From Prevotella sp. (lineage in GTDB: Bacteria; Bacteroidota; Bacteroidia; Bacteroidales; Bacteroidaceae): a DNA stretch of 64,000 nucleotides. This document shows positions 28,017 to 38,020 of this stretch, one piece after another (position 1 is the first letter of the stretch; each line of letters opens with the position of its first letter). Where the stretch lies: the NCBI GenBank assembly GCA_050875085.1, contig JBNMLZ010000001.1, positions 44,484 through 108,483 of the forward strand, written 5' to 3'. The translations under genes and the position numbers were made by a program. The notes beneath the pieces are model-generated. The model searched no databases. It had not been told where the DNA came from and saw only the letters and a list, made by a program, of their open reading frames with translations.

Positions 28017-30773
28017 ATGAACAAACTTCTACGTATTCTACTAAAGTCAGTGCTTCTGCTATTGTCCGTCATGTTTGTGGCGTGCGGAAGCCACGAGAAA
28101 AAGCGCTATGTCATTGCCGTGTCGCAATGCTCCGAGGACACATGGCGCGAGAAACTCAACGAGGAACTGCGCATCGCAGCACTCTATTATAATGATGTCG
28201 ATTTAAGGATTAAGTCGGCATATGACGATGTGCGCCTGCAAACCGAACAAATCGACCGGTTTGTCGACGAGGGCGTCGACCTGCTCATCGTCGCCCCTGG
28301 CCAGGTCTCAATCTCGCCTGCCATCGACCGCGCCTATGAGAAAGGCATACCCGTCATCATCTTCGACCGCCGCACACGCTCCAACAAGTACACCGCCTAC
28401 ATCGGTGCCGACAACCGCGAGATTGGTTCGGCAATGGGTGAGTATCTTGCCAGCGCACTGCCCCACGGCAACCGCATCATGGAGATGTGCGGACTCTCGT
28501 CGTCATCGCCAGCCATAGAGCGCAGCCGTGGCTTCGACAGCGTTGTGGCGCGCCGCCCGGAAGTAAGCATCGTCAGCCAGACCCATGCCGACTGGACCGA
28601 GCAGGGGGCCTACCGCACCATGGACTCCATTCTCTCGCAACCCCATCCCGCCTTCGACTGTCTCTTTGCCCACAACGACCGCATGGCAATGGGCGCGCGC
28701 CGAGCCGCCGCAAAACACGGGCTCGACGTGCGTCGCATCCGATTCTGCGGCATCGACGCCATGCCCCAGAACGGTGGCGGAATGCAACTCGTGGCTGACG
28801 GCACCCTCTTCGCATCATATATCTACCCGACACGTGGCGACGAGGTGATGCGCCTCGCCATGAACATCCTCACCCGAAAAAAATACAACCGCGAGAACCG
28901 ACTCTCGTCGGCACTTGTCACCAAGGACAACGCCCGTGTGCTGCTCATGCAGAACGACGAGACCGTGCGCCAGCAGGACCACCTCTCCACCCTGCGCTCG
29001 CGTGTCGACAAGGCGTCAGCCGACTTCAACACTCAGCGCGAGTATCTGCTTGTGCTCCTCGTCTTCGTCGTGCTCCTTGTTGTGGCGTGCGCCTACGCCG
29101 TGCGGGCCTATGTCACCAAGGCACGCATCAACCGACAACTGAACGACTCCATGCGCAAGCAACAGTCCATGACCGAACAGATGGAGCGCATGACGCAGAC
29201 GCAGCTCCAGTTCTTCACCAACGTAAGCCACGAACTGCGCACTCCGCTCACGCTCATCGCCGGACCTGCCGAACAATTGCTCGAAGACCCCACCATACGC
29301 GGCAACCACCGCACCATGCTGCAGATGATACAGCGCAACACGCGCATACTTATACAACTCGTCGGCGAGATACTCGATTTCCGTAAGGTGCAGAACGACC
29401 ATGCCGAACTGCGTCTCAACCGCTTCGCCCTGCAAACGGAGATTGCGACATGGGCAGACGACTTCCGTGCCGCTGCCGCACGCCGCCACATCACCATCAA
29501 CGTTGACACGTCGAACGTGGAGAAGGATGCCTTGATCATTGCCGACCGCGACAAACTGGAGCACATCTACTTCAACCTTATGTCCAACGCGCTGAAGTAT
29601 ACACCCGAGGGCGGACGCATCACCACCACCGTGAGCTACGCGCAACAGCGGTTCACCATCTGCGTGAGCGACACGGGACAGGGCATCGCGCCCGAGGAAC
29701 TGCCCCGACTTTTCGAGCGTTTCTATCAGGCCAAGGGTTCCATCGGCGGCACCGGCATCGGGCTGTCGCTCGTCAAGGCATACGTTGACCTGCACAATGG
29801 CGAGGTACATGCCGAGAGTGAACCTGGCAAGGGCACATCGTTCATCGTCACCCTGCCCGACACGCAACCTGGCTACGACCCGTCGAAGGACACACAGCCG
29901 TTGCCCCAGGCTGAACACGGACTCGTTGACGACTCCTACACGCCCACCGACATAAAGGCTGAGGAGTCGGTGGAGCGCATCACCAACGCCGAGGACTTCG
30001 ATGCCGAGCGTCCGCTCGTGCTCATAATCGACGACAACAATGGTATGCGCGCTTATCTGCGGTCTATCCTGAAGGACAAGTACAACGTGTCGGAAGCTGC
30101 TGACGGACAGCAGGGACTGGAGCGCGCGCGGCGCGAGGTGCCAAAGATTGTGGTGTGCGACGTGATGATGCCCGTCATGGACGGACTTGAGTTCACGCGC
30201 CGACTGAAGCAGGACACCGCCACAAGCCACATCCCCGTGATTCTGCTCACCGCCCGCTCGCTCACCGAACAACGCACCGAGGGCTACGACTGCGGTGCCG
30301 ACTCCTACATCACAAAGCCATTCTCCGGCTCCGTGCTGCTCGCCCGCATCGACAACCTGCTGCGCTCTCGCGCCATGTTGCGCTCCCTCTTCTCGGGCAA
30401 CAGCCAGAAGGAGGAGACAGAGGAGCAGGGTCTTGGCACGCAGGACCAGTCGTTCGTCAACCGTCTGCGCGACATCATACGCCGTAACATGGGCGACTCA
30501 GACTTCTCCGTGGAGCGTCTCGGCACCGAGATAGGTCTCTCACGCGTGCAGCTCTACCGCAAGGTGAAGGCCCTCACGGGGCAGACGCCAGTGGAGATAC
30601 TAAGAAAGGCGCGCCTTGAGAAGGCACGCCTTATGATAGAGAAAACCGACAAGTCGATTTCCGAGATTGCTTATGAAGTGGGCTTCACCGCCCCGTCTTA
30701 CTTCAACAAGTGCTTCAAGGACGAGTTTGGAGTGAGTCCGGGAGCAATGAGAGAAAGCCCGAATATTAAGTAG
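28017..30773 (+). CDS. Hybrid two-component sensor/regulator with periplasmic sugar-binding domain (BT1754-like fructose sensor)
   Basis: PBP domain, SHELRTPL H-box, NLMSNALKY, GTGIGL, REC (DVMMPVMDG), AraC HTH. Confidence 0.92.
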   Translation: MNKLLRILLKSVLLLLSVMFVACGSHEKKRYVIAVSQCSEDTWREKLNEELRIAALYYNDVDLRIKSAYDDVRLQTEQIDRFVDEGVDLLIVAPGQVSISPAIDRAYEKGIPVIIFDRRTRSNKYTAYIGADNREIGSAMGEYLASALPHGNRIMEMCGLSSSSPAIERSRGFDSVVARRPEVSIVSQTHADWTEQGAYRTMDSILSQPHPAFDCLFAHNDRMAMGARRAAAKHGLDVRRIRFCGIDAMPQNGGGMQLVADGTLFASYIYPTRGDEVMRLAMNILTRKKYNRENRLSSALVTKDNARVLLMQNDETVRQQDHLSTLRSRVDKASADFNTQREYLLVLLVFVVLLVVACAYAVRAYVTKARINRQLNDSMRKQQSMTEQMERMTQTQLQFFTNVSHELRTPLTLIAGPAEQLLEDPTIRGNHRTMLQMIQRNTRILIQLVGEILDFRKVQNDHAELRLNRFALQTEIATWADDFRAAAARRHITINVDTSNVEKDALIIADRDKLEHIYFNLMSNALKYTPEGGRITTTVSYAQQRFTICVSDTGQGIAPEELPRLFERFYQAKGSIGGTGIGLSLVKAYVDLHNGEVHAESEPGKGTSFIVTLPDTQPGYDPSKDTQPLPQAEHGLVDDSYTPTDIKAEESVERITNAEDFDAERPLVLIIDDNNGMRAYLRSILKDKYNVSEAADGQQGLERARREVPKIVVCDVMMPVMDGLEFTRRLKQDTATSHIPVILLTARSLTEQRTEGYDCGADSYITKPFSGSVLLARIDNLLRSRAMLRSLFSGNSQKEETEEQGLGTQDQSFVNRLRDIIRRNMGDSDFSVERLGTEIGLSRVQLYRKVKALTGQTPVEILRKARLEKARLMIEKTDKSISEIAYEVGFTAPSYFNKCFKDEFGVSPGAMRESPNIK

Positions 30774-30893
30774 CAATTGGCTTATACAAATACTGCTCTC
30801 TATCTATGTACATAAATAAAAATGCCTTATTTTGTTTTGTAAATTCGTAGTAATCGCGTATCTTTGCATAGTAAACATTCAAAAGCAAAATAT

Positions 30894-31115
30894 ATGAGCT
30901 ACACTAACGACAAAATAAGGCATCTTTTACGCAACACCGGCTTTTGGCATGGGTTCTTCTCTGTATTCAATCCGCTTGGCAACAAGGCTTCCTTGAACAG
31001 AATATGTGATGAAGTCTTGTCACAAGATCCTCGTGACGATTGGTATGCTATTGGCAATAACTTAAAGGTTGCTATGGATAAATTTCAGAAATCATCCTTA
31101 TGGCAGAAGAATTAA
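30894..31115 (+). CDS. Small hypothetical protein, partner of the DUF2335-like gene
   Basis: ATG at 30894 after TTTG-N19-TATCTTTG promoter; DWYAIGNNLKVAM motif; overlaps the next gene by 16 bp. Confidence 0.6.
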   Translation: MSYTNDKIRHLLRNTGFWHGFFSVFNPLGNKASLNRICDEVLSQDPRDDWYAIGNNLKVAMDKFQKSSLWQKN

Positions 31116-31552
31116 ATCAGAACACACCACGTAATGTAAATGCAGACGAGGTAGAAAAAATTCTGGATGAAATGCCGAAGGATAAGCGTCAAGTCCTTTA
31201 AACTGCCATATTATCCGTGCATAGGTCTTTTTATGGCCCTCTCCCCGCACCAGAAGATTTTGCTTCTTACGCAAAAGTAATGCCTACTGCGCCTGAGCGC
31301 ATTGTTGCTTTGGCGGAGAAAGAACAGGATATTCGTGAGAGAACTAATAATCTCGTGATTAAAACGAAAGCAAAAGACAGTATATTAGGACAAGTATTGG
31401 CTTTTCTTTCTGTCATAGCCTGTCTTATTGTGGCTTATCTTTGTGCAGACAAAGGGCATGATGCAGTCGCAGGGGCTATTATCACAAGTGCGACTATACT
31501 TGCATCCATCTTTGCTTTAAAGACGTACCCAAAGAAAATAAGTAAAGAATGA
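31100..31552 (+). pseudogene. DUF2335-like membrane protein interrupted by in-frame TAA at 31199-31201
   Basis: MAEELNQ...KRQVL* continues in the same frame into FYGPLPAPEDFASY..PTAPERIVALAEKEQ and two TM segments. Confidence 0.72.
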
Positions 31553-31576
31553 ATATGTTGTGGGAAACACGGAAAT

Positions 31577-31607
31577 AATAGGGAAATTTAAGACAAATTT
31601 CCCTATT
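31577..31607 (+). terminator. Intrinsic terminator hairpin
   Basis: AATAGGGAAATTT-aagac-AAATTTCCCTATT. Confidence 0.7.
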
Positions 31608-31696
31608 TGTGAGTTTTCTTGAAAATAAAGTATAGTTTTTATTTATACCTTAAGCATTTGTTACTACTTTTGCATTGTAATAATAAACTAAATATT

Positions 31697-31991
31697 ATGA
31701 AACTTTATATATCCGCTGTATTAAAAAAGTATGGCAAGAAACAGCAAGAGGTTGCAGATGCTATTGGTCTTTCTCTTCAAACTGTAAAACAAACGATTTG
31801 CAATACCCCCCTCTTTGTCAACGCTTGAAAAATATGCAAGTGCTGTAAGATGTGATGTCCGGGAGTTTTTCTTTGACCCTAATTCTACGCAGCTACCTTT
31901 TAACAATAATACGAAGCCATAGAAAGTTATTTCTACCTTTATTTCATCAGAAACAGGTAAGAAATATAAGATAGTGGAAATCGAAGACTAA
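31697..31991 (+). pseudogene. Xre/Cro HTH regulator with +1 frameshift (C6 at 31806-31811) and TAG at 31920
   Basis: MKLYISAVLKKYGKKQQEVADAIGLS... continues in another frame as PSLSTLEKYASAVRCDVREFF...P*KVISTFISSETGKKYKIVEIED. Confidence 0.72.
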
Positions 31992-32023
31992 GAAAGAAAA
32001 CCTATAACTAAAAAGTAAAAGAT

Positions 32024-32929
32024 ATGATAGATTTGTTTTCTAAGAAAAAAGGAATTGCATTTTTAATGTTATTTCTTTTAATAACACTGACTTTTTCCTG
32101 CACAAGGGATTCCAATCTAAAGGAATGGACTCCGGTCGGTGATGTAATTTCGTATACAGATACAATATATACAGCAAAAGACAGGTTTGGCAATATCGAG
32201 AAAGACGAATTGCTTTCTGTTCAAAAGCATTTCTTGAACGAACAAAACAAGGACACATTATTAATAAAATATGACAATACTGGCAAAGAAGAAGAACGCA
32301 TAAGATATACTTATGACGATAATGAAAATGTTGTAAAGGAGGTGTCATATTCCAAAGAAGAGACTGTTGACGATTTTGGGGAAAAGTCTGTAAGCGAAAC
32401 TACCAGGACTAAATGCTATACATACAAATTAGATGAAGGTGATATTTCTGAAAGGAAGACTGATTTTTATTATAAAAGGTATTATGATGGAATAGACTCT
32501 TGTGTTATTGACGGTGAGATACCTCATGTACAAACTACAGATTATGACACCGCAAAGATAGCGACTCTTTATAAATATGAAATACCTCAAGAAGTGCCTC
32601 CAGCTCCTAATGACAGCACGGATGTTTGTTATATAACTGATGGTAAAATTTCCATCTACACCAGACGACCAAGGAAATATCGTAATTTTTATTGGCTTTA
32701 TGATGAACCAGATAAAGACTTTACTTACAATACATATAATGAGTATGGGCTTTTAAAAGAGGAGAAATATAGGGAACTTGAAAACAAAGGTTTTTATTAT
32801 AGAAGTTATTATGAGTATGAGTATGATGCAAATAGAAATCCAGTAAAAATAAAGATTTATTATAATACTGATACCGATAGAGATAAAAAGCCTTACCAAC
32901 TATGGATAAGGCATTATGAATATAAATAA
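32024..32929 (+). CDS. Low-GC Tyr-rich lipoprotein with YD-like repeats
   Basis: Lipobox TFSC; YTYDDNENV, YNEYGLL, YEYDANRNP. Confidence 0.75.
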   Translation: MIDLFSKKKGIAFLMLFLLITLTFSCTRDSNLKEWTPVGDVISYTDTIYTAKDRFGNIEKDELLSVQKHFLNEQNKDTLLIKYDNTGKEEERIRYTYDDNENVVKEVSYSKEETVDDFGEKSVSETTRTKCYTYKLDEGDISERKTDFYYKRYYDGIDSCVIDGEIPHVQTTDYDTAKIATLYKYEIPQEVPPAPNDSTDVCYITDGKISIYTRRPRKYRNFYWLYDEPDKDFTYNTYNEYGLLKEEKYRELENKGFYYRSYYEYEYDANRNPVKIKIYYNTDTDRDKKPYQLWIRHYEYK

Positions 32930-32954
32930 ACACCTGTTTCGCCCCTACTCTATT

Positions 32955-32993
32955 AGGCTTGAAAGCGTGAATTTTTATCACGTTTTCAAGCCT
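32955..32993. terminator. Intrinsic terminator hairpin
   Basis: AGGCTTGAAAGCGTGA...TCACGTTTTCAAGCCT followed by a T-rich tail. Confidence 0.7.
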
Positions 32994-33088
32994 TTGTTTT
33001 TCTCTTATATCCATCTTTGTAGCTAACTCATTAATTTTTTCAACTTTATTATTGAGTCAAAGTTTTGACACAGCCGCCACGGATGAGA

Positions 33089-35521
33089 TTATTTAGCTAT
33101 GATGTCAATTGTTTTCTTCAGTCCACGCTTGCTGTCGGTGATGGTGAGCGTGGCTTTTCCTTTCTTGCCGTTGCTCTGCACCACAACCACGAGCTGACCG
33201 CTGAACAGCTTCATTTCCGGATTGGTGAACGGTTGGAGCGAGGTGGCGTCGCCGTTGCAGGTGGCGCGGAACGTGGCGGCTCCCGATACGGCAAACGTTA
33301 GGTCGTCGTCCACGGTTGGGCAGAACGTGCCGTTCTTGTCCTGGGTTGAGACGGTGATGAAGGCGAGGTCGTTGCCGTCGGCTGTTATCTCCTTGCGGTC
33401 AGCCTCAACCACGAGAGCCACGGGGTCGGATGCGGTGCGCACTGTCTCGGTGGCTACCGCCTTGCCGTCGTAGTCGTAAGCCACAACCTTCAGTTCACCC
33501 GGCTCATACTTCACGTTGTTCCAGCGTAGGCGGTAGCGGTCGAGTCGCGTGTTGGGATTCTTGATGATGCGTCCCTGGCTCTTGCCGTTTACGAACAGCT
33601 CGGCGCTGGGATAGTTGGTGTAGCAATACACGGGGGTCACCTCGCCCTCGCGTCCAGGGAATGTCCAGTGGGGCAGAAGGTGAAGGGTTGGCGAGTCCTT
33701 GCGCCAGTGCGAGCGGTAGAGCCAGTAGCGGTCTTTGGGCAGTCCGGCAAGGTCGCAGATGCCGAAGTAGCTTGAGCGCGACGGCCAGTACTCGTCGTAG
33801 GGCGTAGGCTCACCGAGGTAGTCGTAGCCAGTCCACACGAACTCGCCGATGGTGTAGTCGCGGTCGTCCTGCATCTGCCAGTCGTCGTCGGGCAGGTTGC
33901 TCCACGAGCAATACTCCACGTCGTACGAGGAGCATTGTCCGTCGGCATATACCTTGGAGTCGCTTGGCTCAACGGGGAACTTGTATACTCCGCGTGAGGA
34001 AACAGTCGATGCCGTCTCTGAACCAAGCAGGAAACCTTGCGGAAGCTGACGTATGTTGTTGTCGTACTTATGCACGCGGTAGTTGAAGCCCGGCACGTCC
34101 ATCACCTGGGCGAAACCCGACTTCAGAGCGTCCTCGGCGCGGTCCATTCCCTGGGTCACGGGGCGTGTGGGGTCAAGGCGGTGGCAGATGTCCTGCAGGT
34201 GCTTGGCGATGTCGCGACCCTCGGTGCTCCACTGTTCCGGAATCTCGTTGCCAATGCTCCACATCACGATAGACGGATGGTTGCGGTGGTTGCGCACGAG
34301 GTTCTCTATGTCCTTGTCGCTCCACTCCTTGAAGTCCTTTGCATAGCCGTTCTTGCATTTTGGGTAAATCCACATGTCGAAGCTCTCCGCCATGACCATC
34401 ATGCCCATCGAGTCGCACACCTCCATCTGCCATGTCGACGGCATGTTGTGCGCCGTGCGTATGGCGTCGCATCCCATCTCCTTCATCGTGCGTATCTGTC
34501 GGATAAGGGCAGCCTTGTTGATGGCAGCACCCAACGGACCGAGGTCGTGGTGCAGGCAAACGCCTTTAATCTTTCTTGAAACGCCATTCAACTGAAAGCC
34601 GTCATACTGCGACACCTTTACGGTGCGTATGCCCACCTTCTGCTGCGTCTCGTCGATGAGTTTGTTGTTGCGGTAGAGACGCGTGACGAGCTTGTATAGA
34701 TAAGGTGACTCGGGCGACCACAGCTGCGGGTTGTCAATGGAGAGTTTTTTGATGGCATTGAAATCCGCGTCGAAGTCGCCGTAGCGGTATTGCGCCACAA
34801 CATTGCCATTGCTGTCGACGAGGCGGTTCTCGATGGAGAGAGTCTTGTCCACGTTGTTCACGTTGGTGCAGATGCTTATCTCCGCCTTGCCGTCGGCTAT
34901 CGACTCTGTGCGGAAATAGCTGCCCCACGGATTAATGGTGGCAACATCGGCATTGGTTACGAGCTGCACGGGGCGGTAGAGACCGCCGCCCGGATACCAG
35001 CGCGAACTCTCCTCGCGGTTGTTGAGGCTCACTGAAATCTCGTTCTGTCCCTTCTTCAGATAAGGCGCGGCGTCAACGCGGAAGGCGTTGTAGCCATACG
35101 CCCAGTGTCCGGCAAGATGACCGTTGACATACACGTGTGGGTCTGCCATGGCGCCGTCGAACTCCAGAATGGCAGTCTTCGGCAATTTGGTTATGTTGAC
35201 CGTGGTCTTATAGAAGCCGCGTCCAATCCAAGGCAGCGCGCCCGAGCGTCCCGACTTCTCCGACTTCTCGGTCTCGCCGTTCTGCTCGATGGCAACATAC
35301 TGCAAGTCCCATTTCTTGTCGAATGGTCCGCTGATGGCCCAGTCGTGGGGAATGACTACAGACTGGTAGTTAAGACTGTCGCGCGAGAACTGCCACTGCT
35401 TGAGGTTGATGGTCTGGCGCTGGGCGGAGGCGGGAAGGAAGAAGAGCCCTACCCCCAGTCCGCACAGCGTGCGGACTATTCCCCTCCCCGGTAGGGAGGG
35501 GAGTAATATGTGGTGTTTCAT
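33089..35521 (-). CDS. GH2 beta-galactosidase
   Basis: PHDWAI, SRWYPGGGLYR, GVCLHHDLG, NHPSIVMWSIGNE, GSET, WTGYDYLGEP. Alternative start at 35527. Confidence 0.93.
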   Translation of the reverse strand: MKHHILLPSLPGRGIVRTLCGLGVGLFFLPASAQRQTINLKQWQFSRDSLNYQSVVIPHDWAISGPFDKKWDLQYVAIEQNGETEKSEKSGRSGALPWIGRGFYKTTVNITKLPKTAILEFDGAMADPHVYVNGHLAGHWAYGYNAFRVDAAPYLKKGQNEISVSLNNREESSRWYPGGGLYRPVQLVTNADVATINPWGSYFRTESIADGKAEISICTNVNNVDKTLSIENRLVDSNGNVVAQYRYGDFDADFNAIKKLSIDNPQLWSPESPYLYKLVTRLYRNNKLIDETQQKVGIRTVKVSQYDGFQLNGVSRKIKGVCLHHDLGPLGAAINKAALIRQIRTMKEMGCDAIRTAHNMPSTWQMEVCDSMGMMVMAESFDMWIYPKCKNGYAKDFKEWSDKDIENLVRNHRNHPSIVMWSIGNEIPEQWSTEGRDIAKHLQDICHRLDPTRPVTQGMDRAEDALKSGFAQVMDVPGFNYRVHKYDNNIRQLPQGFLLGSETASTVSSRGVYKFPVEPSDSKVYADGQCSSYDVEYCSWSNLPDDDWQMQDDRDYTIGEFVWTGYDYLGEPTPYDEYWPSRSSYFGICDLAGLPKDRYWLYRSHWRKDSPTLHLLPHWTFPGREGEVTPVYCYTNYPSAELFVNGKSQGRIIKNPNTRLDRYRLRWNNVKYEPGELKVVAYDYDGKAVATETVRTASDPVALVVEADRKEITADGNDLAFITVSTQDKNGTFCPTVDDDLTFAVSGAATFRATCNGDATSLQPFTNPEMKLFSGQLVVVVQSNGKKGKATLTITDSKRGLKKTIDIIAK
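35445..35505. repeat. Family B arm inside the GH2 signal peptide
   Basis: AGCCCTACCCCCAGTCCGCACAGCGTGCGGACTATTCCCCTCCCCGGTAGGGAGGGGAGT. Confidence 0.85.
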
Positions 35522-35530
35522 ATACATAAT

Positions 35531-35619
35531 ATCCGTGGCGGAGGTCTCCGGCCTCCGCAGTAAGCAAAATCCGTTGTTATAATTGGGTGCAGCGGAGGCC
35601 GGAGACCTCCGCCACGGAT
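35531..35619. repeat. REPIN-like inverted pair, family A
   Basis: Same arms as 22346 and 25007. Confidence 0.92.
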
Positions 35620-35664
35620 GGGGATGTCGTTAGGAAATGAATCCTTTGCTGGGGATCTCTATTT

Positions 35665-35695
35665 GCCGGGGGCGAGGGCGCCCCCGCTCCCAGTT
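35665..35695 (-). repeat. Single family C unit overlapping the GH53 stop codon
   Basis: GCCGGGGGCGAGGGCGCCCCCGCTCCCAGTT. Confidence 0.85.
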
Positions 35696-36830
35696 ATAGG
35701 GCTTCGCTAAAGCATTTCATTGCCTTCGTCACCTTTCCGGTATGGTTGTTGAACAGTCCGCGGTTTATCCAGCTTCCAATCACTTTCTTTCCGCTTTCGT
35801 TCTCTTCGGGGAACCACCAGTAGAGTCCTTTCACCCGTGGGTGACGCTTGAGCATGGTCACGAGTTCGGTGGTGAACTGCGCCTGACCGTCCTCCGATAT
35901 CGGGTAGAGGTCGGAATATTCATCGGCTGACTTCGCCCAGCGGTCGTTGTCGTGCGAATAGTAGAATGCTGTCTCGACAATCATGATGTCCTTCTTCGGA
36001 AAGTCGACGGCGAGAGAGTCGAGCGTGCGCGAGAGGTTGGGGATGTCCTTGTGCCACATGGGATAGTAGGACAGGCCGATGATGTCGTAGTCGACGCCAT
36101 GGGCGGCGAGTCGGCTGTAATAATTCTTCGTGGCGTCCCAGTCGCCGGCGTGCTCGGTGTGGATGATGACGCGCGCCTCGGGGCACACCTCACGGCACGC
36201 GCGCACGCCACTCTTGATGAGGTCGGTCAGCACGTCCCAGCCTTCTTCCTTCATCGGGTCAACCTTTGCCGTGGGCCACAACATGCCGAACGTTATTTCG
36301 TTGCCCACCTGTATGAGGTCGGGCGCGCAGCCATTGGCTTTCAGATGGCGCAAGGCGCGGGCTGTGTGGGCATACACCGAGTCGCAGAGCTGTGCCGGTG
36401 AGCATTTCGCCCAAGCCTTTGGAGTGAACTGCTTGCCGGGGTCTGCCCATGTGTCGGAGTAGTGGAAGTCGAGCATTAGGTTCATGCCTGCCTTCTTTAT
36501 CTGCTTGCATAGAGGCGTGATGTAGCCCAAATCCTGGCATACGCCCTCGTCCTTGTTCTCGCCGGGCGCGTCCTCGGGATTTACAAAGAGACGCACGCGG
36601 GCGGCATTCCAGTTGTTAGCCTTGGCGATGTCGAGGAAGGGGCGAGCCTTGCCACGCTCGTCGAGATACTTGGTGCCACGCTGCTCGTAGGTGGGCAGGA
36701 GGGAGATGTCGCCACCGAGGAGAGATACTTGGGCGGAAGAGGACAGGGAGAAGAGCCCTACCCCCAGTCCGCACAGCGTGCGGACTATTCCCCTACCCAA
36801 GAGGAAGGGGAGTGACATGTGATGTTTCAT
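35694..36830 (-). CDS. GH53 endo-beta-1,4-galactanase
   Basis: GGDISLL, RVRLFVNP, DFHYSDTWADPGKQ, QVGNE, GLSYYP, IVET. Confidence 0.92.
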   Translation of the reverse strand: MKHHMSLPFLLGRGIVRTLCGLGVGLFSLSSSAQVSLLGGDISLLPTYEQRGTKYLDERGKARPFLDIAKANNWNAARVRLFVNPEDAPGENKDEGVCQDLGYITPLCKQIKKAGMNLMLDFHYSDTWADPGKQFTPKAWAKCSPAQLCDSVYAHTARALRHLKANGCAPDLIQVGNEITFGMLWPTAKVDPMKEEGWDVLTDLIKSGVRACREVCPEARVIIHTEHAGDWDATKNYYSRLAAHGVDYDIIGLSYYPMWHKDIPNLSRTLDSLAVDFPKKDIMIVETAFYYSHDNDRWAKSADEYSDLYPISEDGQAQFTTELVTMLKRHPRVKGLYWWFPEENESGKKVIGSWINRGLFNNHTGKVTKAMKCFSEAL

Positions 36831-36972
36831 ACGCTTATTGTTTACACTCTTGGTTGTTGGGTATAATATATTTCCTACAGATTGCTTATATATGTTTTAT
36901 GCAACTTATTACATTTCACTCCCCTCCCCTTTCGGGGAGGGGAAAGCCGCTTTAGCGGCTGGGGGAGAGGCT
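36754..36972. repeat. Family B inverted pair; left arm in one GH53 signal peptide, right arm in the other GH53 C-terminus
   Basis: Arms 36754-36815 and 36917-36972. Confidence 0.88.
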
Positions 36973-38010
36973 ATTGAGCGCTGCGGTCGGTTTCCCGTTT
37001 GCGTCGAACGCGCCCATGCTGTAGCCGTTCCAACCGCCGTAGCACTCCGGCTCCCAGTAGAAGATGCCCAGACACTCCGCCTTAGCCTTGCATCCGTCAA
37101 CCATCTTCTTCATCATGGCTTCGGCATTGTCAGAGTCCCACGACATGCCAATCTCGCAAATCATGACCTTCGTGTTGTAGCGTGAGGCGAGTGTTGAGAT
37201 GTTGTTGAGGCAGTTGTCGGTGGCGGTCTGCCAGTTGTCGTCGTCGGGATAGAGCGACATGCCTATGACGTCCCACTTGGCGCCGTGCGACTTCAGTCCG
37301 TCGAACAGCCATGTGTAGTGGCCGAGGTCGTCGCCCTTGTCGAGGTGGATGATGCACTGCGCGTCGGGGTAAACCGACTTGGCGGCTTCATATCCAGCGT
37401 TGTTGAGCGCCACGTAGTTGTCGATGTTGTTCAGATTGCTGCCCGACACAAGGCCGAGCGGCCACAGTATGCCCGTGTTCGACTCGTTGCCTATCTGCAC
37501 CCACTCCACGTCGATGCCGTTCTGCTTGAGATATGTCAGCACGTCCTTGGTGTGGTCAGCCACGGCAGCCTTCATCTTCGTGAGGTCGTCCTTGAAGTCG
37601 GTCCAGCTTGCGGGGATGTTCTGCTTGCCGGGGTCAGCCCATGAATCGGAGTAGTGGAAGTCGATCATGATGCGCTGACCGAGACTCTTGGCGCGGAACG
37701 CCTTGGCGAGCACGTCCTGCTTGCCGCACCAGCCACCGGCAGGATTCACCCACACGCGCAGACGGATGGCATTTACGCCGAGGTCGCGCAGGAGTGTCAT
37801 GCAGTCCTGCTCGGAACCGTTGGCATTATAGAACTTCTTGCCGCTGGCTTCCATTTCGGTGAGCCAGCTTACGTCGGCACCCTTGGCAAAGCCAGTCATG
37901 TCGTAGGTGGGTTCCTGCTGTGGGGTTGTGTTGTCGTCGTCGCTGCAAGCTGAGAGTGAGAAGAGAGCGAGGGCAGCTATGAGAAGGGGTTTGATGATAT
38001 TTTTTTTCAT
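36952..38010 (-). CDS. GH53 endo-beta-1,4-galactanase, surface lipoprotein
   Basis: Lipobox LSAC, KGADVSW, RLRVWVNP, DFHYSDSWADPGKQ, QIGNE, YWEP. Start at 38010. Confidence 0.92.
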   Translation of the reverse strand: MKKNIIKPLLIAALALFSLSACSDDDNTTPQQEPTYDMTGFAKGADVSWLTEMEASGKKFYNANGSEQDCMTLLRDLGVNAIRLRVWVNPAGGWCGKQDVLAKAFRAKSLGQRIMIDFHYSDSWADPGKQNIPASWTDFKDDLTKMKAAVADHTKDVLTYLKQNGIDVEWVQIGNESNTGILWPLGLVSGSNLNNIDNYVALNNAGYEAAKSVYPDAQCIIHLDKGDDLGHYTWLFDGLKSHGAKWDVIGMSLYPDDDNWQTATDNCLNNISTLASRYNTKVMICEIGMSWDSDNAEAMMKKMVDGCKAKAECLGIFYWEPECYGGWNGYSMGAFDANGKPTAALNSLSPSR

Positions 38011-38020
38011 AATGATAAGA

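Noticed and set aside
31199-31922. Stop-codon recoding in the islet
   Set aside because: The stops differ (TAA and TAG), a frameshift co-occurs, and neighbouring genes use standard stops; decay is simpler.
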